From the NCBI RefSeq assembly GCF_003966335.1, contig NZ_CP034549.1, positions 1,320,001-1,352,000 on the forward strand: a stretch of DNA of 32,000 bases. Reading direction: 5' to 3'. Positions 22,839-30,079 of the stretch are shown here, piece by piece; within the stretch, counting starts at the first letter, position 1; each line of letters begins with the position of its first letter. The translations under genes were made by a program, and so were the position numbers. The notes beneath the pieces were generated by a model, which was not told the origin of the DNA, did no database searches, and saw nothing but the letters and a program-made list of their open reading frames with translations. The DNA is from Nonlabens ponticola (GTDB lineage Bacteria > Bacteroidota > Bacteroidia > Flavobacteriales > Flavobacteriaceae).

Positions 22839-25148
22839 ATGAAATATCTGTACTTACTGTTTTTATCATTTGGAGTTTTTAGTGCTGCTCAAGAAAATGT
22901 TGCAAAATCTATTAATACGACTGCGTATAAAGATCATTACAATGTTCCTCACGAGGCTCTTTATCTTCATTTGAATAAGAATGTTGTGGTGCCCAGCGAG
23001 CCCATAGGCTATAGTATTTATGTAAAAGATATCGCACAATCAGGCATAGATACCTTGGCTACTAATGTTTATGTCACTTTAGAGAATGACCAAGGAAAAC
23101 GAGTAGTTAGTGACCTCAATCTTTTATCGAAAGGATATGGTCATGGTCTAATAACAACTGATTCACTGGAGACCGGAAACTATATACTTAAGGCTTTTAC
23201 TGGCTGGATGCGCAATTTTGACAATCCGCATTTTTTCCAAGAAACAATTACCATAGTAGATCCTACTGAAAATATAACACGTGCCAATGCGGCTAGAGAA
23301 TTCGACATTCAATTGATGCCAGAAGGTGGTCATTTGGTAGAAGGTATCCCGAATACGGTAGGTGTTGTCATTAAGGATCAATATGGCCAAGGTGTTGCGA
23401 CAAAAGGTATTGTGGTAAATGATGATAACACGATAACCACCTTTAATACTGACTCAAGAGGATTAGGTCGTTTCACTCTTTTTCCACAAGGCGTCAAACA
23501 ATATATATGTAAAGTCAATTTGAATGACAAATCATTGACTGAAGTTCTACCTATGGCAAAAAACGAAGGGTACAACCTGCAATTAATACCGTGGAGTAGC
23601 GATATCACCATTCAACTCAATAGAAGAAATAGGAATGATAAAGACGTCAAGGTCATACTTCATAAAGGGCAAAAGTTGGTAGTTTATGACCCAGTTTTTG
23701 TAGATGATAAAGCTGTTTATAGTCTCAAAAAATCTACTTTACCTACTGGTGTTAATAAGGTTACCGTCATTGAAAATGGTAAGGAGGTTCTTTCTCGTAC
23801 ACTTTTTAACGACTATGATTTTGAGGTATTAGATGTTTCAAATCCTAGTGTAATTGTAGAACAAGATAGTTTATCACTGTATGTATCAGCCGTAAAAAAT
23901 TCGGGTGATTTAGTATCAAGTATTTCTGTGCTACCAGCTGGTAGTGTTGCCTATAACAACGACGCGTCAATTGTATCTTCTTTTATTCTACGTCCTTATA
24001 TTAAAGGCTCTGTACAGGATCCTAATTATTACTTTGAAAATATGGATCGACGCAAATTATACGATCTTGATAATTTGTTGATTACACAAGGATGGAGCGC
24101 CTACAAATGGGAAGATTATAAAGAAGTCAATGTAAAGTATCCCTATGAAGAAGGCATAGGTGCTAGAATTGCAGTTAATGGCAAAGTACAGGAGAGCTAT
24201 TTTGTGTTACCATTGAAAAATTCATCCAGCTCATTGTTTACTAAGGACGAGTTGGATGAGTCTAGAACATTTATGCTTAAGGGCTTAACGCCTACAAATA
24301 AGGAGCAACTCAAGGTCTCTGCTACAAAAAAGAATCAACGCCCGGTAAAACCATCGCTTGCTCCTACATTTTATCCTAGTATTGTTCCTGATTTTGATAA
24401 TTCTTACGATTATATATTGAGTAATGATTTACCACAAATTGAAAGTGGACAAATGATCTCATCATTTTCGTCTGGGACCACTCAATTGAGTGAAGTATTA
24501 GTAAAAGCCAAAGCAAGAGAAGAGAGGCGTCAAAAGCTGGTTGATGAATCTTTCAATCAGGTTTATGTATTCAACGAGGCCGATAGAAGAAATACATTAA
24601 ATCTCGCATTATGGCTCAACCAGCACGGATTTATTGCAAATCAAGATGGTGGATTTCTCACGGTCTCTAATAGAAATCCACAAAGCATTAATGCCTCTGT
24701 TGAGCCGCTGTTTGTAGTAGATGATGTCATTTATAACGATCCTTCAATTCTAGGTAATCTAGATATGAATACGGTAGATTATATTGAAATTAACCGACAA
24801 GGAAGTGGGTATGGTTTTAGAGGCTCTGGTGGCGTTATTATTATTAATACAGATCCTACATTATCCTCAGTAAATTCCACAAATGCCAACGTAAGTTCCT
24901 ATAAATTTCCAATCACCTTTAAAAAGCCGCAAGAATATTTTAAACCAGCGTACCTAAGTACACAAACAGATGTTTTTCAAAAGCTAGGTGCAATACATTG
25001 GGAACCACGAGTCAATTTAACAGGTGAATCAATCGAGAAAATAAAGTTCACATCACAATACAGAGGTGATGCCTTGATGATTGTAGAAGGAATGAATGCT
25101 GATGGCGCGCTTGTGAGCCGGATAGTTAAGTTCAATATTCCTGAGTAA
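22839..25148 (+). CDS. Large secreted/outer-membrane-associated protein with a C-terminal TonB-receptor-plug-like segment
   Basis: 769 aa with a signal peptide (MKYLYLLFLSFGVFSAAQ). The N-terminal region looks like an MG2/carboxypeptidase-regulatory-like beta sandwich (weak call). The C-terminal LFVVDDVIYND...VDYIEINRQGSGYGFRGSGGVIIINT resembles a plug domain. Confidence 0.55.
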   Translation: MKYLYLLFLSFGVFSAAQENVAKSINTTAYKDHYNVPHEALYLHLNKNVVVPSEPIGYSIYVKDIAQSGIDTLATNVYVTLENDQGKRVVSDLNLLSKGYGHGLITTDSLETGNYILKAFTGWMRNFDNPHFFQETITIVDPTENITRANAAREFDIQLMPEGGHLVEGIPNTVGVVIKDQYGQGVATKGIVVNDDNTITTFNTDSRGLGRFTLFPQGVKQYICKVNLNDKSLTEVLPMAKNEGYNLQLIPWSSDITIQLNRRNRNDKDVKVILHKGQKLVVYDPVFVDDKAVYSLKKSTLPTGVNKVTVIENGKEVLSRTLFNDYDFEVLDVSNPSVIVEQDSLSLYVSAVKNSGDLVSSISVLPAGSVAYNNDASIVSSFILRPYIKGSVQDPNYYFENMDRRKLYDLDNLLITQGWSAYKWEDYKEVNVKYPYEEGIGARIAVNGKVQESYFVLPLKNSSSSLFTKDELDESRTFMLKGLTPTNKEQLKVSATKKNQRPVKPSLAPTFYPSIVPDFDNSYDYILSNDLPQIESGQMISSFSSGTTQLSEVLVKAKAREERRQKLVDESFNQVYVFNEADRRNTLNLALWLNQHGFIANQDGGFLTVSNRNPQSINASVEPLFVVDDVIYNDPSILGNLDMNTVDYIEINRQGSGYGFRGSGGVIIINTDPTLSSVNSTNANVSSYKFPITFKKPQEYFKPAYLSTQTDVFQKLGAIHWEPRVNLTGESIEKIKFTSQYRGDALMIVEGMNADGALVSRIVKFNIPE

Positions 25149-25215
25149 GGCTTTATGTTTTCAAGGTTGTTCCCTTATCTAGGAAATGGTTAAAACCCAT
25201 GATATCATTTAATTA

Positions 25216-25231
25216 CGCTTTCGCGAAAGCG
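25216..25231. repeat. PAL copy, perfect 16 bp CGCTTTCGCGAAAGCG, intergenic between convergent genes
   Basis: Read directly from the sequence. Confidence 0.9.
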
Positions 25232-25245
25232 GGACGTTTATAAAT

Positions 25246-26040
25246 TTATATCAACTTCTCAATAAAGAAGAACGAGCTACCATTGTCTCGTAAATAAGTA
25301 GGTCCAGTACTGGCGCCAAAAGCTCTGTTGGTCCTGATGGTTATGATTTGTCCAGCAGTCACTTCAATAGTTTGGGTAAAAGAGATAGAGCCATTTTCCG
25401 TTGCAGTGCTGGTAGCATTAAGCTCTGTACTGCGGTATAGTGCTCCTTTACCTGTAACAGCACTACCATCGGCAGCACTGAGGTATAATCGTGCCTCGAT
25501 CTCTGATTTATTAGTGGTTGCTGTGAGCGATATACCGACTGATATTTGATATCTACCAGATTCCAAAACTTGCAGCTCGCCACTGTTTAGGCGGTTGTAT
25601 AACATCGCATTATCGTTAAATGTAGCTACAGATGCAAGCAAAGGAACAATAGCCCTGCCAGAATTGGGATTAAGATTGATGCTTGATGTTCCTGACGTTT
25701 CGTTCTCATATTTAGCCATTTGACCTACATAGGCGTTGAGCCGCTGCCATCTGTTACCATCCCAATAGTAATAACCTTTTCCTAGATCTGCATTGGTATT
25801 GAATACAAGGGTACCTTCCTCAATACTCAATGGTAAGGGTGCTGTGTTGTTTAAATCAGTAAGCGCTGTACTGGGTAATAGTACACCACTAGAATTGCTG
25901 GGATCATCCACATGCAACATAGTACCATTAGCAGGCGAGTCTATGCCAATGGCTACTTGAGCGAGAGCGGTATTACAAGATGCCATCAGCAATAGACCAA
26001 GGCATTTTGAAATAATCGATATTTTTAGCGCAGTATTCAT
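25246..26040 (-). CDS. Secreted protein, paralog B; the C-terminal domain is C1q/TNF-like by pattern (tentative)
   Basis: 264 aa with a signal peptide. The N-terminal AQVAIGIDSPANGTMLHVDD...LPS...L.DLN...PLP...EGTLVFNTN...GYYYWDGNRWQRL is shared with the upstream paralog. The C-terminal GRYQISVGISL ... VTAGQIITIR ... SSFFFIEKL suggests a jelly roll. Confidence 0.55.
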   Translation of the reverse strand: MNTALKISIISKCLGLLLMASCNTALAQVAIGIDSPANGTMLHVDDPSNSSGVLLPSTALTDLNNTAPLPLSIEEGTLVFNTNADLGKGYYYWDGNRWQRLNAYVGQMAKYENETSGTSSINLNPNSGRAIVPLLASVATFNDNAMLYNRLNSGELQVLESGRYQISVGISLTATTNKSEIEARLYLSAADGSAVTGKGALYRSTELNATSTATENGSISFTQTIEVTAGQIITIRTNRAFGASTGPTYLRDNGSSFFFIEKLI

Positions 26041-26811
26041 CTAATCAATTTTAATTACAAAAAAGGTGCATTGTTCAGGATCTCTTAAATAGACAAGATC
26101 ACTGTCTCTTTGCACGCCGTATGAAATAAGGCTTACCTCGTCACCAGCCTGCAATTCGTGAATCTCAGTAAAACTAACTGAGCCATCATCATCATTGCCA
26201 CTGTCAGTATCTTGTAATTCATTACTCTCATAATAACCACCGGGAAAAGAGTCGCCACTTGAATTAGAAATTTTAATTCTCGTCTCAATTGTGTTCTCAC
26301 CATCTTGACTTTCAAAACCTATTCCTAAGAAAAATTTATAACGTCCACTCGCTTTTATCTTTAACCTTGTGCGACCTATAACCTCATAAAGATCTGTGGT
26401 TTCATTAAAAATCGTTTTATCTAGAACCTCGAGCTCAACAGCATTTTCAGGCAATCGATTTAAGTTTGAGGCATCGCCTCCAGCAAATTGATTGGTGAAT
26501 AATGCCTTTTTACCAATAAAAGGATCACGGTACTCCCATCTATGATTGGGGTCATCCCAGTAAACATAGCCAGGACCAGTTGCAGTATTTGTATTATAAA
26601 CTATAGTGCCGTCAAGTATCCCGTTGGGTAGTGGTGACTCATCATTCAAATCAGGAATACTTGCCCTTGTCAATATGACGCCAGTTTCTTGTTGCGGGTC
26701 ATGGACCTGCAACGCAACACCTGGGGCCATTTGCGTAATATTTATTCCAACCTGTGCTTGTAATTCCCCAATTATTAGCAGGCAGGAAATGAATAGTATT
26801 TTTTTCATCAT
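26041..26811 (-). CDS. Secreted protein, paralog A of 25246-26040
   Basis: 256 aa with a signal peptide. Its stop directly abuts the start of paralog B. It has the same N-terminal pattern (AQVGINITQMAPGVALQVHD...IPDLNDESPLP...DGTIVYNTN...GYVYWDDPNHRWEY) and the C-terminal GRYKFFLGIGF ... LQAGDEVSLI ... CTFFVIKI. Confidence 0.55.
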   Translation of the reverse strand: MMKKILFISCLLIIGELQAQVGINITQMAPGVALQVHDPQQETGVILTRASIPDLNDESPLPNGILDGTIVYNTNTATGPGYVYWDDPNHRWEYRDPFIGKKALFTNQFAGGDASNLNRLPENAVELEVLDKTIFNETTDLYEVIGRTRLKIKASGRYKFFLGIGFESQDGENTIETRIKISNSSGDSFPGGYYESNELQDTDSGNDDDGSVSFTEIHELQAGDEVSLISYGVQRDSDLVYLRDPEQCTFFVIKID

Positions 26812-27059
26812 CCCTATATGATACCACGAAGTTAGGACGATAACTGTTTATAAAATGCTAATACAGTCAGTTTGTCCTATAAATCGGTTATTAATGAATA
26901 ATCGACGATTATCTGTCGTCAAAATACGCTGTTAATCTATAATTATCTATTAATAAGGCTATTACATCCTTGTGATTCAAGAATAATATATCCTATTTTT
27001 TATATGGCGATAATAGCTGGTTTGGCTAACGCCTGTTAGTTAAAGCAGGACCTTTTCAG

Positions 27060-27067
27060 TAAATTTG
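27060..27067 (+). promoter_or_regulatory. Candidate Bacteroidota -7 promoter box (TAnnTTTG) upstream of paaZ
   Basis: TAAATTTG lies at 27060-27067, ending 21 nt before the paaZ ATG. I found no convincing -33 TTG at the expected spacing. Confidence 0.3.
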
Positions 27068-27088
27068 AAGTAAATCAATATCAATCTC

Positions 27089-29632
27089 ATGAGCGTATTA
27101 GAGTCATATATTAATGGTCGCTGGACCGCCGGAAATGAAGACAGCGCAAAACCAATGTACGATGCCATCACGGGCGAGGTCATCGGACTTACAAGCACAA
27201 ATGACTTGGATATACCATCGGTTTTACAATACGGTCGCGATCACGGCAAGGTATTGCGCGATATGACGTTCCAGCAGCGTGGCAATATGATCAAGAAATT
27301 AGCTCTGTACCTTGAAAAACGCAAGAAGCAGTTTTATGAGGTAAGCTACAAGACCGGCGCCACTCGTGCCGACTCTTGGGTAGATATAGAAGGTGGTTTC
27401 GGAAATCTATTTGCCAACGCCAGCCTGCGCAAGCTCTTTCCAGACCAGAGCTACGCGGTAGAAGGCGATCCTATTGATTTGTCTCGTGGTGGTCGCTTTA
27501 TGGCGCATCACATTTTGGTACCCAAAAAAGGTGTTGCAGTACATATCAACGCTTTCAACTTCCCAGTTTGGGGTATGCTGGAAAAATGTGCCATTAACTG
27601 GATGGCAGGTATGCCAGCAGTGGTTTTGCCAGCGCCACAAACAGCATTCTTGACTGAGGCTGTAGCAAGAGAGATCATCAATTCTGGCATTTTGCCAGAA
27701 GGCGCTCTGCAATTACTCAGTGGTTTGACTACAAATATCCTGGATACCGTAAATTCTACTGATGTGGTCACATTTACTGGTAGCGCCGCAACAGGACGCA
27801 AGCTCAAGGCGCATCCACGATTGTTGGAAGAATCGGTGCCGTTTACTATGGAAGCAGATTCATTAAACTCTTCTGTGTTGGGACCAGATGCTGTTCCTGG
27901 CACGGCCGAGTTTGATATTTTTATCAAGGAAGTACGCAAAGAAATGACTTCTAAAGCTGGTCAAAAATGTACCGCCATACGCCGTATCATGGTGCCAGAA
28001 AACCTGATGGAAGATGTTCAAATTGCGTTAGGCAAGCAGCTATCTCAAACAGTCATTGGCGATCCATTATTGCGTGAGACGCGCATGGGCGCTTTGATCA
28101 ATAACGATCAGTGTGACACATTGAAAGAACAAATAAAGAAAATTTCAAAAACCGCCAAGATTGTTTACGGCGATCTCGATGAAGTTGAAATTCAGGGCGA
28201 TCGCGCGCAGAATGGCGCTTTCATGTCACCTATTTTGATGCGCGAGGACCAGCCGTTCAAGAACACGATGGTTCATGAGGTAGAATGTTTTGGCCCAGTC
28301 AGCACTTTGATGCCGTATAAGAATCTGGACGAGGCGATAGAGCTGGCTCATATGGGTAAAGGCTCGTTGGTGAGCAGCGTGGTTACTAGTGATGACGCTT
28401 TCGCGAAAGTGTACACCATAAACGCCGCATCTTCACACGGTAGAATTTTGACACTCAATAAAGAATCTGCACCACAATCCACGGGACATGGTTCACCATT
28501 ACCATTATTGGTTCATGGAGGTCCAGGACGCGCCGGTGGCGGCGAGGAAATGGGTGGTTTGCGTGGTATTAAGCATTACATGCAACGTTGTGCAGTTCAA
28601 GGAAGTCCAACATCACTGACCGAAATTACAGGGATTTATCAGCCAAATGGCGCTTATAAAGAAGCCGAAAAGCATCCGTTTGCATATCATTATGAGGACA
28701 TCAAACCCGGAATGTCGCTAGAAACTCATAAACGCACGCTGACAGATACCGATATCCAGAATTTTGCCAACCTCACATGGGATCATTTCTATGCGCATAC
28801 TGATATCACAAGTCTTGAAGGCAGTATTTTCAAAAAGCGCACCGCACACGGTTACTTTATCATCAGCGCTGCGGCTGGACTTTTTGTGTATCCTAACAAA
28901 GGACCAGTAAGTGCCAACTACGGTCTGGAAGACATCAGATTCCTAAGACCGTTGTACCACAACGATACCATCTATGTGCGTTTGACTTGTAAGGAAAAAC
29001 GTGAGCGCGACGTGAGTGGTCGCGAGCATCCATCGGGAATCGTCAAATGGTATGTAGAAGTATTTGATGCAGAGCCTGTAGATTATGAAAACGGCAAGAC
29101 AGATGAAGAAGCTGATTCTCTCGTTGCCATTGCTACGATTTTGACGATGGTAGAAAAGAAACAGGATACTTTCAAAGAAATTACTGAAGATTATATCAAG
29201 TTCGCTTTCGCGAAATTGAACGCTGATTCAAAACCTCAATGGGGTTCTATGACTGCACAACATATGGTCGAGCATCTTGAAATGAGTTACCGTATCGCCA
29301 GCGGCGAGATTCAGGATTTTGAGGTAGCAACACCAGAAGAACATCTGGAAAAAGTAGCCGCTACTTTATGGAACTATAAAAAAATGCCACAAAACCACAA
29401 GATGCCACTCATGAAACAGGACGGCACTTTGGAAGACTTGAAATACGAAGACCTGGAAACGGCTAAAGAGAAGATGCTCGAAGCGAGACAGCAATACTTA
29501 AATTATTTCAAGCGTCATCCTAAGATCGTGACTAAGAATGCTGTTTTTGGGGAATTGAGTAAGTATGAGTGGTATTTACTCGAGAGGAAGCACTTGAATC
29601 ACCACTTTGAGCAGTTCCAAATTTCCGCATAG
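27089..29632 (+). CDS. paaZ: PaaZ-type bifunctional aldehyde dehydrogenase / MaoC-like hydratase, with an extra C-terminal DinB/DUF1569-like domain
   Basis: 847 aa. It has an ALDH domain (EADSLN, GQKCTAIRR) and a MaoC hotdog domain (about residues 540-690). It then has about 156 further aa with PQWGSMTAQHMVEHLE ... FGELSKYEWYLLERKHLNHHFEQF, a DUF1569-like pattern. Confidence 0.9.
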   Translation: MSVLESYINGRWTAGNEDSAKPMYDAITGEVIGLTSTNDLDIPSVLQYGRDHGKVLRDMTFQQRGNMIKKLALYLEKRKKQFYEVSYKTGATRADSWVDIEGGFGNLFANASLRKLFPDQSYAVEGDPIDLSRGGRFMAHHILVPKKGVAVHINAFNFPVWGMLEKCAINWMAGMPAVVLPAPQTAFLTEAVAREIINSGILPEGALQLLSGLTTNILDTVNSTDVVTFTGSAATGRKLKAHPRLLEESVPFTMEADSLNSSVLGPDAVPGTAEFDIFIKEVRKEMTSKAGQKCTAIRRIMVPENLMEDVQIALGKQLSQTVIGDPLLRETRMGALINNDQCDTLKEQIKKISKTAKIVYGDLDEVEIQGDRAQNGAFMSPILMREDQPFKNTMVHEVECFGPVSTLMPYKNLDEAIELAHMGKGSLVSSVVTSDDAFAKVYTINAASSHGRILTLNKESAPQSTGHGSPLPLLVHGGPGRAGGGEEMGGLRGIKHYMQRCAVQGSPTSLTEITGIYQPNGAYKEAEKHPFAYHYEDIKPGMSLETHKRTLTDTDIQNFANLTWDHFYAHTDITSLEGSIFKKRTAHGYFIISAAAGLFVYPNKGPVSANYGLEDIRFLRPLYHNDTIYVRLTCKEKRERDVSGREHPSGIVKWYVEVFDAEPVDYENGKTDEEADSLVAIATILTMVEKKQDTFKEITEDYIKFAFAKLNADSKPQWGSMTAQHMVEHLEMSYRIASGEIQDFEVATPEEHLEKVAATLWNYKKMPQNHKMPLMKQDGTLEDLKYEDLETAKEKMLEARQQYLNYFKRHPKIVTKNAVFGELSKYEWYLLERKHLNHHFEQFQISA
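28395..28412. repeat. PAL copy, ACGCTTTCGCGAAAGTGT (1 mismatch), inside paaZ
   Basis: Read directly from the sequence. It is translated as A-F-A-K-V. Confidence 0.75.
29201..29220. repeat. PAL copy, TTCGCTTTCGCGAAATTGAA (2 mismatches to the 20-bp form), inside the paaZ C-terminal extension
   Basis: Read directly from the sequence. It is translated as F-A-F-A-K-L and lies 13 codons into the extra domain. Confidence 0.65.
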
Positions 29633-29652
29633 GCTTCACAAATTTCTTTGAT

Positions 29653-29678
29653 TGTCAAGCCGTCGCAGGACGGCTTCG
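29653..29678. repeat. HP-B hairpin repeat; left member of a 26-bp perfect inverted repeat flanking the GIY-YIG gene
   Basis: TGTCAAGCCGTCGCAGGACGGCTTCG is the exact reverse complement of 30054-30079. Confidence 0.9.
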
Positions 29679-29720
29679 CTTTAAATCTAACGCAATGACA
29701 GAATCAAACGACGATATGTA

Positions 29721-30044
29721 ATGAAAACAATGTACACTTACATAATGGCTCATATTAAGAACCGTTTATTCTATGTGGGCGTTACAAACAATATTAAGCA
29801 ACGAGTCTTTGACCATAAGCATGCGACCTTTGGGACACATACGGGTCATTACAATATCAAACAATTAGTTTGGTATGAGAAACATGACCAACCGTTGGAA
29901 GCGATCAGAAGAGAAAAGCAAATTAAAAAATGGAAACGAGAGTATAAAATCAATCTCATAGAGTCCATAAATCCTGAATGGATCGATCTTGCGGCAGATT
30001 GGGATTTTACTCGCTATTTGACAAGTAAGGAAAGATTTAAATAA
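29721..30044 (+). CDS. Small GIY-YIG nuclease family protein (YhbQ/UPF0213-like)
   Basis: 107 aa. YTYIMAHIKNRLFYVGVTNNIKQRVFDHK ... LVWYEKH ... AIRREKQIKKWKREYKINLIESINPEW is the classic small stand-alone GIY-YIG pattern. Confidence 0.9.
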   Translation: MKTMYTYIMAHIKNRLFYVGVTNNIKQRVFDHKHATFGTHTGHYNIKQLVWYEKHDQPLEAIRREKQIKKWKREYKINLIESINPEWIDLAADWDFTRYLTSKERFK

Positions 30045-30053
30045 ACTATAAAC

Positions 30054-30079
30054 CGAAGCCGTCCTGCGACGGCTTGACA
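30054..30079. repeat. HP-B hairpin repeat; right member of the 26-bp perfect inverted repeat
   Basis: CGAAGCCGTCCTGCGACGGCTTGACA is the exact reverse complement of 29653-29678. It overlaps the first candidate start codon of the next gene. Confidence 0.9.

Noticed and set aside
3658-29220. The iterated palindrome as a paa-specific operator (PaaX/PaaR-type regulator site)
   Set aside because: Copies also occur in pyrD, otsA-otsB and HMG-CoA lyase, and most lie deep inside coding sequence rather than at promoters. A locus-specific operator does not fit.
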